64,000 nt of DNA from Neoechinorhynchus agilis (Eukaryota; Animalia; Acanthocephala). Location: NCBI GenBank assembly GCA_051530055.1, contig CM121342.1, positions 964,797-1,028,796 of the forward strand. The letters run 5' to 3'. This document shows positions 24,312-37,931 of the stretch, in pieces (position 1 is the stretch's first letter; the number at the start of each line of letters is the position of its first letter). A program made the translations under genes and the position numbers. Below the pieces are notes generated by a model. It did not search any database and was not told where the DNA came from. It saw only the letters and a list, made by a program, of their open reading frames with translations.

Positions 24312-26790
24312 GTAACTGATGAACATCTTTACAAAATATGAAACGCATTGCTTAATTTTTTTAAATTATTCACCTAACTAAATACAGAAAAACCAATAGT
24401 TTTTGATTACCTCAATGCTCATTGAACAACTTTGTTTAATTTTCTCATTTCACCTTAGATAGTTGTCTTTTTTGATTTGTTTACAACTTCGAATTAAAAA
24501 CAAACACTGTAAAGTTTGACTGAGTTGCTAAGGAAGTGTAATAAAATTTTGCACCCTGTCCACTGTTGTGTCAGACTACACTCAAAAAAATGCCATTTTT
24601 CTTTGTTCGTACAATTGTTAAAACACTTTTAATAGAATTGAAAAGTCGGCTATTAAATGCATAAAAGTATCTCTTGTGATATAACAGTAACAGCTTTTTG
24701 CAGTCTATTTTCCAATTCTGCAATGTTTTGCCGGCGAACCCACACAAGTGTCCTTTATCGTTCAACTCTCGTGAATTGTGGCTACTTGATAGTTTGTTTA
24801 AACTTTTTGTTTCTTGAATGATATTCTTATTTTAAAGGTATCCGCAACGGCTATATTATCGATTTCCATATGGGTATTTATGAAACCGTCATCGTATTCA
24901 CTGAGGGCAATCAGCGCTATTACTGCTGTTCTAAGCCTTTTTCCTTTAATGGCTTCGCTTGCTGGACTAGCCGCTCTTGTGGCTATTTACCGGCTAAAAG
25001 CGGACGATTTATGCCAAATGCTCATTAGAATTGTATATACCAAAGTACCTTTTTCTATGAAGCCCAAGGTGTTCGGTGCGTCAATGAATTTGTATTGATT
25101 AAAAAATTTCGATACATTTTATCGCTTTTTTCCATTTATTGGGATTACGTGTCTCCTAAAATTATGGATTAAGCTAATGTGACTGCTCGTTCCAAATTGA
25201 ACATACGAGTTGGCTGTACTTTGATTCCTATTTTTAATGCAAACGGATTATTCCAATTCGACCATTTCAATTCCGATGGTTATAAGCGATCTGCTTCTCA
25301 TGTGCACAAAAGCTACGATGATGACCCGAGCAGCTAAAAGCGCTACTTTTTTTATGATAAACGACTGAATAACGTTTTTTTAGTATGTGGGAATTATTAT
25401 TTTGGCGGAAATATTCGGTCTGGCGTGTGGGATATCTTCATTGAGCATGAGATGTGAGTCAATATAGTCTGAAAGCAAAATCATCTACCATACCTTCGAA
25501 TATTTAGCAGCAAGCGCTGATTTTACGTCCAATGAAACAATCGGCAGCTATTCTGTAAAACAATTAAACGACATTTGCCAACTCAAGGTAAAATCATCTT
25601 CACATGGTATCGTCTGTCTTGTTCTGAGCTTCTCTTACGTATGTTGCTATTTTGTAAGGGAAGATTTCAATTCTTCGATTTTCTGACCAGAATGCTGGTA
25701 TATTTCTTGGATTCTTGCTTGCAAAGGAATTTGATATGCGGGCAATGAAGACGAACTTCCACGAGATGAAAGGGCAACCAGAAAGCATTAAAGGCTCTGT
25801 TCGAATGGATACTAAATTCTAAAAATCTGTCTGCAAAAAAAGAACTCTACTTTGATAATGTTGAGATATGAGTTCAAACGTTCTTTGATTCATAGTAAAA
25901 ATATTAAAGTTTAAGGCATCAAGAAAGCATCGAGGTTGTCGGTCAGCAATCAATGCAGCGGAGAATTATGACCTTTTTCAAATATTGATGTAATTTTAAG
26001 GTGCAAGCAAATCTTTTATAGCTCCCATTTATAAGGACGAACGCAATCCTCAGTTGCACTATGAAGAGGGCAAAAAGGTCACTAAAGTCAGGTACAATTT
26101 AATCTTTAAACTCGGATTGCCAGTTTTCGCAGTATTCATTCGCGAAGAATCGTCTTATTACAGCTCGCGTAGATTATATATTATTTCACAGCGTTCAGAT
26201 TTAAGATTGGAATCGAAAATACAATCCTATTTAGGGTCCAGATTGAACCACAGAAAGCCGTCGGAAACTGGTATTTAAGCAATCTTAGGCGCGCATTTTC
26301 AGTATTTTTTAAAGAAATCAGAATGTTAAAAACTAGGTACAAACAGAATGTTTCCAGAAAGATCCATCGGGGATTAAATTTCCAAAATTAACCGCACTCA
26401 TATACCTCACGATTAGCATGTTTAGTATTAAGTCTAAAAACGATTAATATACATAATTTATAGAGAAAATAATATAGCCGTCGACATTGTTTTCCCATGG
26501 GGAAAATATACAAGCGGTCCGTTCAGAATTTTGCAACCGTCGTATTACTTGAATATGCAAGTTAATTGCATCTTCGTTTTTCCAGGTACGATTAGTTCAA
26601 TGATACATCTCTTTGGATTATATTTCTAAGCGTAAAAATGATTCGCAGTCCAGAATATTTTTAAGGGTTGTCAGAATTTCTACTTATTATAATGCTTATT
26701 AAAATATAGGAGAAAAGTGGTTTAAGCAAAACCAAAGTTCATTTCAGATTTCGTCTCATGGACATTACATAAATTGCGCATCGAAAGCAT

Positions 26791-27942
26791 TTAATAAATT
26801 AAAGGCGAATTCTTTAACGATGATTCACTTGAAACTAAGGAAGGGATCTTTGATGAAAATCTTTCTAAATATTCAATCAGTGAATTCAGATTGACCGATT
26901 TCGCTTCATCTTTGTGGACCCGGTTCTTGATTTCGCTTAATTCGGACTCGTTTAATCGAATGCCAAGACTGCTAGTGAACATTTCAAGAATCCTTTCATC
27001 AACTCGATGAAGATCATTCTCCAACCCACAGAGAGATTGGCAGGCTATTAAACAACGATGAAGTGATTTTTCATCTAAAGGTAAGCGAACGTTGCCTTCA
27101 CTTCTCCAAAAGCAATCATTTGTGAGAACTTCGAAAACATATATTTGTCCTTCTGCCAAAACGATAAGATATAAGCCGATACTTGCATGCTCATTACTAC
27201 CGCCGAAACGCGCGTTTTCTACTCTCAATCCGCAATTGAACGTCGCAACTTGGACATTTTCCTTTATCACTTTTACAATGCCAGCGTGCTTCTCTTTGAA
27301 GAACGCAAGAAATGGGTAGAAGTAATCCGAAAAATCACTTATAGGTGACATATTCGTCGATATTAGTTCAAGTCCATTTAATCGAAACAGTTTTAAAAGT
27401 CTGTTTTGTTGCGAACACAGAAATAATCCTTCTCCAAACGACCGAACGCTAGTTAGCTCTTCGCATATTTGTTTCTGCGTCACTTTTTCGCAGGATTGCG
27501 CACTAAGACGGTATACGAAGACCATTCCACTCTGGAAACCAATTAAAATGAAATCATTGTCGTTTTCTTTTAAGAAAACGCATCCGACTATACAATAAGT
27601 AAGATTTTGGCACCAGCACGAGTCCAAAAGTGTCCATGAATTATTCAACCGAGTAAAAACAAGTAGGCATGACCCATTAAAGAGCACGGAAATGAAATTG
27701 TCGTTTTCAGAACAAGACATAGAAAATTCATTAAATTCGTGTTTAGGAATTATCAGTGAGTTTGACATTATCTGAGATATATTTAGTGTTTGCAAAAGTT
27801 GAAACGTGTGCTGGCTCATGGCATGCATAATCATCCTCGCGTTTTTTAATCCTATAATAAAAATATGAGCCGAACTGCAAAATAGGAACTTGATAAGTAG
27901 TTCGTTTCCAGAATTTCGCTGTTGACTTTTCGTTTCAGTCAA
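26791..27942 (-). CDS. Beta-propeller/WD40-like ORF, 383 aa (possibly the last exon of a larger gene)
   Basis: Long uninterrupted ORF with beta-strand-like repeats (LIGFQSGMVFVYRL); family not recognised. Confidence 0.6.
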   Translation of the reverse strand: MTETKSQQRNSGNELLIKFLFCSSAHIFIIGLKNARMIMHAMSQHTFQLLQTLNISQIMSNSLIIPKHEFNEFSMSCSENDNFISVLFNGSCLLVFTRLNNSWTLLDSCWCQNLTYCIVGCVFLKENDNDFILIGFQSGMVFVYRLSAQSCEKVTQKQICEELTSVRSFGEGLFLCSQQNRLLKLFRLNGLELISTNMSPISDFSDYFYPFLAFFKEKHAGIVKVIKENVQVATFNCGLRVENARFGGSNEHASIGLYLIVLAEGQIYVFEVLTNDCFWRSEGNVRLPLDEKSLHRCLIACQSLCGLENDLHRVDERILEMFTSSLGIRLNESELSEIKNRVHKDEAKSVNLNSLIEYLERFSSKIPSLVSSESSLKNSPLIY

Positions 27943-28104
27943 TTCAGAAATGGGTTTTAATAAAAAAAGAAGTAACTTCAGGATAAAGGGGGGGATAAAA
28001 GCAGAATTAGAAATTACGCATTTAAGATTACAAAGAAATTATTTGGAGGTTACATCAAAATCACACAATGAAATCAATAGTTAGTAATCTAGAAAAATTA
28101 AAAC

Positions 28105-28708
28105 TCATTTCTTTAAATCGAAATTGACTCGCTCGGCAGATATACGGCCCTTTGCAAACGGATACATTCGAGAAATGTCGGTTCCAGTCAAAATATTGCA
28201 TTCATCAATAGTTAGCAGAATTGGAAGCATTTTCGATATCTCTACCATATTTGTCAGACCTACTCTTCCTGTCATTTGGGTCACTACATTTTCAGGAAAC
28301 CTTCGTACAATGCGGACAAATTGACCTTCGGATTCAAATAGGACAATGGATGGGGGTGATGCCGTCGTTGCTATCAAATCAGGAATCGCCATCGGCGATT
28401 TCGACCTGCTAAAATCTCTGACGGATATGTGGGTGATTGGTCCGGTGTCGATGCATTCGACCTTTCGTCTAAGAACGAATTCATAGTCGTACACTCGAAT
28501 AGCAGAGCCGGCACCAATCACTATTGTGTTTTCACCAAATTCAACCACTGGAGTGTAATTGAGATTAAGATTAAATCCGCGATATGGAAACTCATCACCA
28601 ATGCCCGGTCCAATGATGATGTTTTGCACGGACGATCCAATTGGTCTAATGCATGGAAAGGTGTAAAATATTGTGGATGTTCGCGATTGAATTGAAGGGC
28701 CTTGGCTG
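28105..28708 (-). CDS. WD40-like exon or gene
   Basis: Frame open from a ctttcag acceptor near 28708; IVIGAGSAIRVYD, ITHISV motifs. Confidence 0.5.
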
Positions 28709-29441
28709 AAAGGAAAATGAAAAATTAATTTTTGCCTGGTTATATAAGAATCCAGTTCGATTATCTGATAAACCGTCTCTAATTTTAGAGTTTATAGTTA
28801 TCAAAATGGTTTTTCATTCCATTTCCCGTAGATAACATCTATAAGGGAAAGTTTAGTTTAAACCCGATATTCCTTACAAAAATTGGTCAATTTTTCTACA
28901 AAACATAGACTTCTAATATCAAATTCGTCAATTACAAATTCATTTAACTTTACGCAGCTAATTGCGTCATTGATTTCTGAACGATAAAACATTCCTTATT
29001 TACCATTTGTCCAATAAAATTTCCCTATTCTGAAACCGTTTCAAAATAGGATAAAAGCGTCATTAATGCCGCCTTTTAGATCACTTTTAGCATTTGATAG
29101 CAACCGATTTTTCACTACATCTGTTTAGTATTTCATTTCGGTCAATTTACTGCAAAAATAAACGAGATTGAAAAGGTTCAACAGTTTAAGATATTCATTT
29201 GAGCAAAAAACAATTAGGAAATTACAGTGTGCAATAAGAGGATTAGATTTTTGGGCCACACAAAAAAGTTAAAGGATCTGCACGATGTTTGTTTTTTACA
29301 GTTTTATTGAAATATAATCAGGATTTTCGATAGTCGATGAACGTAAAGCATTTCCTAGACGCATCTGAACACTTACAAGTTCGAAAAGCGAAGACTTGAA
29401 GGTACTAAATTTTCGAAATCTTAGTATTAAGACGACATTTA

Positions 29442-30248
29442 CTAAGTTGGTATTACAATCACCAACCTCCACATGAATCCTCGATTATTAATCACAACAA
29501 GCTTGACCTTTCCCTTATTTCCTTCAATTACCCCCGCCGAGACAATTTGAAATTTGTCTCTTCGAAACTCAACATATAATAGAGAAAGAGAGCGAGTATT
29601 GACTACGGCAGCTGACTTTTGTCCAAACGAGACAAGAGTTGATTTTGGTCCTATTTTCATATCAAGGTGGTCACGCCCGATTTCATTAAACCAATAAGAA
29701 ACATTTTGAACCTTATCCATCTTAAGTTTGTCTTCCTCGAGCTCGAATGCGACGTTAAACAATACTGTTTTTGCCTTTGCATCACAAAATCCCATCAAAT
29801 AAAGCACGTTTGGTCCAAATGCGCCACAAGACATTCGTGTTCCTTCTACTTGAACTGAATAAGCTATTGGAATTTCATTTAAATATAATAATTCACTATA
29901 GCTGGCCGTAGCCCCAATAGGGGTCGACGAATTTAAATTCCAAATCAAAACCTGTCGGTCTATGTCTATTGAGAAAATGAGAGTGTGGTTGGGCGATATA
30001 GAGACACGAAGTATTGGACTTTTATGACCAATCAATATTCGATCACAAGCGCAGCTCATTGGATTGCTTATAACAGCAACCGATCCACAAATATAGAGAA
30101 AATCTCCAAAATACCTCGGTTTGGCTTGACCGCACGAATTTGACAAATCTCGTTTCGCCTTACCATCGCTAACGTCTAAAACGAACCCATTGTTGGTAAT
30201 CCCAAGAACTCGTGTTATGCGTAAAGGTCCATTCACCATATCTAACAT
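29442..30248 (-). CDS. WD40 protein with WDR90/CFAP52/EML-like N-terminal blade
   Basis: LRITRVLG..FLYICGSVAVI..LIGHKSPILRVSISPN..IFSIDIDRQVLIWNL. Confidence 0.6.
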   Translation of the reverse strand: MLDMVNGPLRITRVLGITNNGFVLDVSDGKAKRDLSNSCGQAKPRYFGDFLYICGSVAVISNPMSCACDRILIGHKSPILRVSISPNHTLIFSIDIDRQVLIWNLNSSTPIGATASYSELLYLNEIPIAYSVQVEGTRMSCGAFGPNVLYLMGFCDAKAKTVLFNVAFELEEDKLKMDKVQNVSYWFNEIGRDHLDMKIGPKSTLVSFGQKSAAVVNTRSLSLLYVEFRRDKFQIVSAGVIEGNKGKVKLVVINNRGFMWRLVIVIPT

Positions 30249-30835
30249 TGTTCACTTTAAAGTCCAAGAACGAACTCGGTTGTCATGGAAAAGTGCTAGT
30301 TTCTGCCAATGAGCTGCTTTCAATTCTGCTTCCGCCTAAGTGCCTAATTCATAATTGACAGATTTTTTCTAAGACAGCGGCAGGAAGGCATTATTCTAAA
30401 AACCCGGCCATGCATTGAACGGAGTATGTAAATTTAATCAAGGCAGTTGTTCTTTCAAATTACTTGGCTATGAATTAGCGAAATCCATCCGGAATTCCCT
30501 TTATGATTTTCCGGGAATGCGGCTCACACATCAAGAACGAGTGCATCGAATTAATAATTCAGTGTTGACGCAATAACAATCACATTGAGCAGTCTCGTCC
30601 GCCAATAGCAAAGACTGATGTCGTCGAAAGCGTCAAGATAATCAAACATATTATCTTGTTAGCATATTAAGCCAATGATTGTTATGTGTATGTACGCAGG
30701 AAGCCATGGCTGCCGGAAGTATAAGCGCCCCAAGAAACTTGACAGAACCGCTCAGAGAAATGGCAAAAAGCACTTGAGAATGATATAACTCCCATCTAAG
30801 AAATGGATCATGCTTCCAACTTGCCTTTTAGATTC

Positions 30836-31768
30836 ATGCTCTCCGTACTTATTGTGCTGCTGTATAGTTTGAACGTGTTAGGGCTTAAGAAATCAGAATT
30901 TTAGAATTCATTAAATGCCTGCATTATAGGCAAGTTGATGGAGAAGGCAATAAAACGTGCCACATGAAACTCGTCTGTCCGTCCACCCGTTAGTTCTTGT
31001 GTTTTTGGAATTAAAAGGTTTGTTTTTAAAGGGTTTAGAAGAGCTCGGTACACAAGGCCAATTGAGACTATTATTTACGGTGAAGGAAATGGAGAAGGTC
31101 CACGTGGGGATAGAGGTCCGACAGGACGTATTGGCAATCGAGGCCCACCCGGGCCGCAAGGTACATTGTCTTTCTTTATAATAATAAATTAAATGAAGAA
31201 AATTCAGGTCCACCAGGTTTATCAAAACGATTTTCACCAATAATATCGTTTCAAGGAAGTCTTGACTCTGATCTATCATTCGGCGAAGACACGTTTATTC
31301 CGATCGATAAAGTACTAATTAATTTTGGCGATCCTTATGACCATAATCAGACTGGGTTTGTTGCTCCGATTGAAGGAGTTTATCGATTCAGTGTTACCGT
31401 AACTCTAAAGTCCCTGCGAGTGGTGGGTAAAAGAGACAAATTCGACTTCAAAATCAACATATTTTCTTATCTCCGTTTAGATTGATGTGCGGTTCATTCA
31501 ACAACGAAAGGCAATAACAGCCATGCTTATCGATGGGCGATTCAATCAAAACGGACAATTTTCACAAGGAACTATGCAAACAATATTTTTCATGAAACGT
31601 GGTGAATTAATGCGAGTTTATGTACGAGATGTAGATCAGCACAATCGTCCGAAACAAATAACATTGGCCGGCGGATCACTTACCCATTATAGTGGACATT
31701 TGCTCTTTGAGACATTTCCTGACGCCATTCACGCTCCTTTAATCTACTGTCGAAGTACTAATAATTAA
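30836..31768 (+). CDS. Secreted collagen-C1q domain protein 1
   Basis: Signal peptide, CHMKLVC, GXY repeats, C1q motifs (VLINFGDPYD..FVAPIEGVYRFSV..THYSGHLL); four GT-AG introns inferred. Confidence 0.85.
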
Positions 31769-31816
31769 ATTAGTCCAATTAATTCGCTTGTTAAGTAAAC
31801 CGTACTTAATCTTCAG

Positions 31817-32777
31817 ATGATCTTAAGTGTTTTCGTCCTGCTTGCACTAACTAACAAAGCTACTTTTCACAATCATCAACTTAGAAATTTTAAGAAGTAT
31901 CCTGAATTGCCAAATGGGCATAGATGTTATCTTGAAATCGTTTGCGATGGTAAGTTTGTGTTTAATCCGCATTTAATCTCTCCGTAGGTTATGTGTAGAA
32001 CCAATAACAAATGGGCGACTTTCAATGGATGTTCTAGCGCCTGAGGGGCTACAAGGGCAAATGGGTCCACCGGGAGACCGTGGACCACGTGGAATGCCTG
32101 GAAAACGAGGCCCGGATGGTAACTAAGCTAATGCCGCTTTTTCGCTCCAAATCAGAAAAATGGTTTAAATTTTATTAAAAATTAAATTAGATTAAATTTT
32201 AAAAGAATTGGATTATACTTTAAATTTCTAAGAATTTATAATTTAAGACTATCTTCGATGTAATTTTTGAGCTTACAAATAAGCATGATTGCGAATTCTC
32301 TTGTTCTTAGGGCGGCATGGTTATCCAGGAATGTCATCAGGATTTACGGCAAAGATATGGAAACCTTATTACGAATTAAAATCAAATCTCGAAATCATAG
32401 TTTTCGAAAGCGTATTGACAAACTACGAAGATCATTACAACTCCAGCTCCGGGATATTTACTGCCCCACAGGCTGGCATATATTCATTTACAGTCAGATT
32501 AACAAGCGAAATGCAGTCGGTAAGAGAGGAAAATAAAAATTAAAAATAAACCATGCGTTTTGAGGGTATAAACGGTCACTTGTACAAAAATAATGAACCA
32601 ATAGCTGCCTTGTACAATTCAAAAAGTTATTGGATGTATGCGACAGTTGAACATCCACTCATATTAGAAGAACTCGATCAAGTGTACGTTACAGTAGAAA
32701 GAAATCCCAAGGAGAACGTCGTGATTTATGGAGGAGGGTTCAGTGATTTTAGTGGAATGTTAATAAGGGAATTTTAA
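31817..32777 (+). CDS. Secreted collagen-C1q domain protein 2
   Basis: Signal peptide, CYLEIVC, GXY repeats, IVFESVLTNYEDHYNSSSGIFTAPQAGIYSF..FSDFSGMLI. Confidence 0.88.
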
Positions 32778-32845
32778 TTTTGTACGCGGATGTAAATTCT
32801 TAACAAGCTCAGTCGATACACTAAGAAATAATTTTCAGATTTTAA

Positions 32846-34032
32846 ATGTTTTTTCGTTATTGGTTGTTTAATATTCTGAGCATCACTGGAGCTATCGGAG
32901 TTTTGAGAAGTACTTGTACGATGGAGCTCGCATGTAAATTGAATAGTGAGTTTTTAGTAATTTATATTGCAAAATCTATTCCATCAACATTTTAAAGGAC
33001 ATAGGTCAAGCAAACGAGTTGTGGTGGATATTCTCGGAAGGCGAGGCAAGAAAGGCGAAAGGGGACCCGTCGGAGAATCTGGTCCGGTTGGGTTTCCAGG
33101 AATCGCAGGCAGAAAAGGTACGTTTTTGAAGCGAAAGCGACTAGTCGTATCTGCTGGAATAGATTTTTCTCGAGTCTTAGTAAAGAAAATAATTTTGGGA
33201 TTTGACCATTTGGTGGAATCATTGATTATATTAAGTTTACTTTTCCTTCAAAATTCCATGCTATTCTGCATTTACCAGCCACATAAAGAAAACATTAAAG
33301 CTATTTCTCAAGTCGGGATACATTAACAGTAATTCTTGGAAATTCTTAGCTATAGCTTCAACCGGGTGGATATCAGGTTCGAATTTCGAAATATCGACTA
33401 AACGAATTTGTATACAATGATTCCACCCGTCACTGAGTTGGGCGAAACAAACCTTAAAGTCTATAGTCATGCAGCAGAAATACGGCTTCTCGTTTCTATG
33501 CAAAGCCCATTAAGCTGTACTCGCAAATTCACAATTAAGGAAGAGATAAATGTTCAGGAATCCGTTCAGCATTTTTCAGTGTTCTGACCGAGAACGTAAC
33601 CAAATACTCCAGTATTGAATCCGAATTCCAAAGGCAACGCCTACGTTTCTCGGCTACTGGTGTCAACTACGGTCAAAACTATGATCAAAATACAGGATCC
33701 TACGTGGCGCCAGTTAGTGGCATCTATTCGTTTCATGTATCTATAAGCAGCGGACAGTATTGGGTGAGTTTAAATCCAATTTGAGTAAAATCAAGCTCGA
33801 AATTTAGTGCCTGACTTATCTTATGAAAAACAACGAATCGATTTTACCGATGTGGGTAAGGCCGCCGACCATGTCAACATCGTCCGTTTCGGTTGCATTG
33901 CAACTACGACCGGGCGATAGCATTGCGGTCGACATTGAACATCTTAACAATCCTAAGTTTAAATTCATAAGCCAGCCCATTCATTATTACACGTCCTTCG
34001 GTGGATATCTGATCAATGAGCTTTTTACATAA
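32846..34032 (+). CDS. Secreted collagen-C1q domain protein 3
   Basis: Signal peptide, CTMELAC, GXY repeats, about 440-nt intron, NYGQNYDQNTGSYVAPVSGIYSF..YTSFGGYLI. Confidence 0.85.
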
Positions 34033-34645
34033 ATTTATTTTAAGGTAGTTCGAGTTGATATTGAGCATTTATGTTAGCAGTTCATCTTTTTATTGCACCA
34101 ATGAAAAATCGAAATCAACCCCTTTTTCGATGTTTTCATTTTTAAAACTATTACCATGTACTTTCGTTAGTATTCCATTGATTTCATACGAACGCAGAAA
34201 ACTCAGAACCATTCGGTGGCTTTTTACTGATCATCAAACCGCCAACTTTTTGATTCGTGGATTAATTTTCTAATACACCTTAATAATTTCGCATTTATTC
34301 AATGCGTTTTTAGCTATGCTGCGCTATAATTCTGAGCTTATGAAAGTTTGTAATTAGGTTTTGACCAACGAAACCTATAAAGCAGTTTTTGCAATGGAAA
34401 ATACATGTTGCTGATTTTGCAGCGTAAAGTAGCTATCTAATAAAAAAACAAATATTTTTAAAAAAGCGCAAATTCTTTATTTTGTGTGCCTGTCCATTTA
34501 TTTTATATCGACTAAGCAAATCAAGTATTTCCTTTTCCCTGCCTTCATCTCACTGCTCACAATTACGGAAACAAGCTAGCTACTGGGTTTATTAGCGATA
34601 AGTTCTAGTTCGTTCTACTACTCATGTCTACGAGCCATTCTAAAT

Positions 34646-35053
34646 TTAGAATGGAATAATATCCTCTTCCAAAGGAACGTTGCATTTGACTGATATGAAC
34701 GAATACTCTGCGGGTGTAACACTGACTATTCTAATCTTTAAAATGCAAATCGTTGAATGATCACAACAATCCTTTTGGGTCACGCTCGTCTATTTAAAAG
34801 GAGATGTTAGAATAAAAGCTGCTTTAATAAGTAATTTACCTTGACCAAGTAATTGATTGGAGTTCCATTAATCATGAGCTGTCTAAAGCTAAGTGGCGTA
34901 AGAGCGCACTCTGGGAGACAAAGGATGCTACAGATATCATCCTTGAGCTAAATACAAAAACTCGAATTCGATTGAAAGTTTCATTAGTATATTTACCGTC
35001 TCTACTGCGGTGAAAACTTGTTTGATTGGCAAAGCTTCGCTGGTGTAGCTCAT
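34646..35053 (-). CDS. Cys-rich stefin/type-1 cystatin-like protein A (3 exons)
   Basis: MSYTSEALPIKQVFTAVET|LKDDICSILCLPECALTPLSFRQLMINGTPINYLVK|TSVTQKDCC..KCNVPLEEDIIPF; two phase-0 GT-AG introns. Confidence 0.75.
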
Positions 35054-35704
35054 CTCGTCAGTAGGATAGTATTACACAATTGACATGTATGAATTACGAT
35101 TCACATCGATATAACCGGTTTTAGAGAGGAACAAATTGATGAAGAATCAATAACCACGATATCAAAATAGCTTATTGGTAAACATAAGCTAAAGCCTCGT
35201 ATGATGTCCAATTTTACATTTAGTCTAAACAATTTATATGTGAATTTTTTGTTATGTGCACAAATTCAAGCCTCCATTTGCATTGATTTTTCTTTTAACA
35301 ACAATAAGGTCCTATCAAAGCTTAGTTGCAGCTCATTTTTGTTTGGAGGCTCCTAATTAAATCAGAATTGAGGATATCAACGAACATAATTTTTTTCCGA
35401 TACTTGTCGGCATTAATGTTTAAAAACCTGTGATTTTTCTGGAGCTAAATTTAATTAATTATGACTTTGAATATTTTATTTTGAAATGAATTTAAATATT
35501 TGCTTATTTAGAAAGTGTGTCTTGAAAATATGTAACTATTTACGCCTCATCCATGAAACAAAAGAACTTGTTCATGAGATGGATTCGATTGTAGTAAAAT
35601 TAGATTAGCTGTTTTAAATCGCATTCGGGAAAATTTAAACTGTGATCGCTACGGAGGGGCGGAGATGACACCAATGTTTCACGAATGCAAAACATGTGCA
35701 ATAT

Positions 35705-37465
35705 TTCAGTGACTGCGGTCGGTAGTATTTCGTGAAATATTCCCCCTTCGATACGATCCCTTATGTTTTATCATCGAAATCAGAAGTGAAGACGGTAATA
35801 TCCTCAGATACTAACGGATCAGCTTACGGGCTTGGCGGGCTCTGGCCCGGACACCTAAAGGATATGACTTCCTTTTCAGTAGGTGACGCTACTCAGTCCC
35901 AGGATCGCGAATAAAGTAGGGATGCTGCTTCGTCCTACTCAGTTTGGCTGCTGTACACTCTGTGGCGCAGAGGCGACTCTGTACGTTCATAACCGGAAAC
36001 TAAAAGCCGTGCGTGATCTCGAAATGTGATTTCAAAAATGCATTCAACACAGTTCGCCGAGCAGATTTTCTCGGAGTAGTTGGAGATCGCGAACCAGAAG
36101 CATTTCGCTATTTCGCTAATGCCCACGGGACTTCAACTCCCCTGTACATTCGTGAAGGAGTCGGCGAAAAGTGGCATTGAATTGAATGTTGCAAAATGCG
36201 AGACTTTAGTGATGAACGTGGAAGATGAGGCGGCCAGGCAAACTTTCTTGAGAGATATTAGAACCTGGCACCCGCGATAGAATTTATAACTCAAGACCGC
36301 TTGAGTTTTCTAGGAAACTGCATTTTTGATTCTAATGTTGAAACAGAGATTGCCAATCTTCAACCGCAACTTTCGGTGCTGTGCGAACGAGTTAATGAAT
36401 TATCTTGACATGAAGCTCTGTTCCTTATCAAAAACACCCTCTTCATTCCAAAACTGTTGTATAAGCTGCGCGCCTCTCTCGAGGATATTTTAAACCTCGG
36501 TTTTACAGCGGTTTGGGTATCCGAAAACCAGTCGATATTTCTCTGCCAACTTATTTGGGGCCTTATAAAGCACATCGCAAAATAGTTCAGTCTTTTCTTG
36601 GCGAGAATAACACTTTGGATGAAAATTTCGTGGATGCTCTTAATCTGTGATGTGGAGATTCAGACAGCAAACAGGCTTCCGTCAATGGTTGCAATCGTCG
36701 GAGCAAGAATTCATACCTCTTTAATTTCAGATTCTCGTGACCTGGTGAACCGATCTCGATTGTCGGCAGTCTCTACAAGAGAATCGGGTGCCTGGCTCAA
36801 TGCTATCCCAATCGCTTCTGTGTGCACGCTTCTCTCCAACGAGACAGTAAGGATTGCAGTGTCCCGGAGACTTGGGATATCGATGTGCACATCCTATGGT
36901 AACCGTTAAGGAGCAACGGTGGAACCATCGGGACGTCATGGTCTCGTCTGTCGGCAACCAAAGGAAAGTTGTTACTACACGCCGAAGTGAACGCAATTAC
37001 TAGTCATGCCCTGAATACTGTGAATGCGGCCAACATCCGAAAGCCAAGCAATCTTGGCTAACTCGATAGCCGTACAACGGACGGCCTTGCAGTATTCCCG
37101 TGGCGAGAAGGAAAATGCCTTCTTTGGGACGCCAATCGCAGCCAACAATATAAAATTCGCCGCTGTTAAACAGGTGGAGCAGCAATCGTCGCTGAAGAAC
37201 GCAAAAAGGCCAAATACCGGGACTTGGGTCGAAATCATTATTTTGTTCCCTTTGGCGTCGAAGCACGTGGGTCGTTCGGTACTACGGCGCAAGACCTGGT
37301 GAAGCAATTGTCTAAGAGATTGAGACGAATCACTGGCGATCCGAGATCAGGAGCATTTTTCAAACAAAATATAAGTCTGGCTGTGCTACGGTGGAACGCT
37401 GCATCAGTCCTTTCGACCGTTACACCAGGACGGCAGCTGAGTGGTCCAGAGCGGTGATGTGAATG
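35705..37465 (+). mobile_element. CRE family B element with many internal deletions
   Basis: RT-start, FGCCT, LFIPKL, ESGAWLNAIP, RLE and 3' end blocks collinear with 49000-51063. Confidence 0.9.
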
Positions 37466-37931
37466 ATCAACGTGTTATATAAGTACAAAAACTTTTGTCT
37501 TAAATAATAAGAATTACAATAAATCAGCTTATCTATTAAAATTATTGCGATTCGTAGATTGATAATCGAAACGATAAAATTCTGCTCGTCTGTTGGGTTT
37601 AAAATCATCGATTTATCTTGATGGATTAAAGTTCTATAGAAATCTTTTGTAACCAAGATTTATATGAGTGACCATAAATAAGAATCCGATTAGACACAAG
37701 AATATGAAAATTATTACCTTAAAGCACAATGCCATTGATCTTAAATTTATGTATTAATATATTCTTCAAATTTGTAGCTTTCTAAATTGCCTATTGATTT
37801 CCCAAATGTTGAAAAATATACATCTGTATTGAAAATTTTAAGTTTACTTTAAAGATGTATTGAGTATCAATAAAAGAATTTTTTATTACACTTTCGGTGA
37901 GAATAATCCCGGTCATTATATATTTTATTTA

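Noticed and set aside
24790-26300. Possible multi-exon gene on the minus strand
   Set aside because: Some splice-like sites, but no consistent frame or recognisable product could be assembled.
33119-33557. Nested gene in the long intron of C1q gene 3
   Set aside because: Only short ORFs with no motif support.
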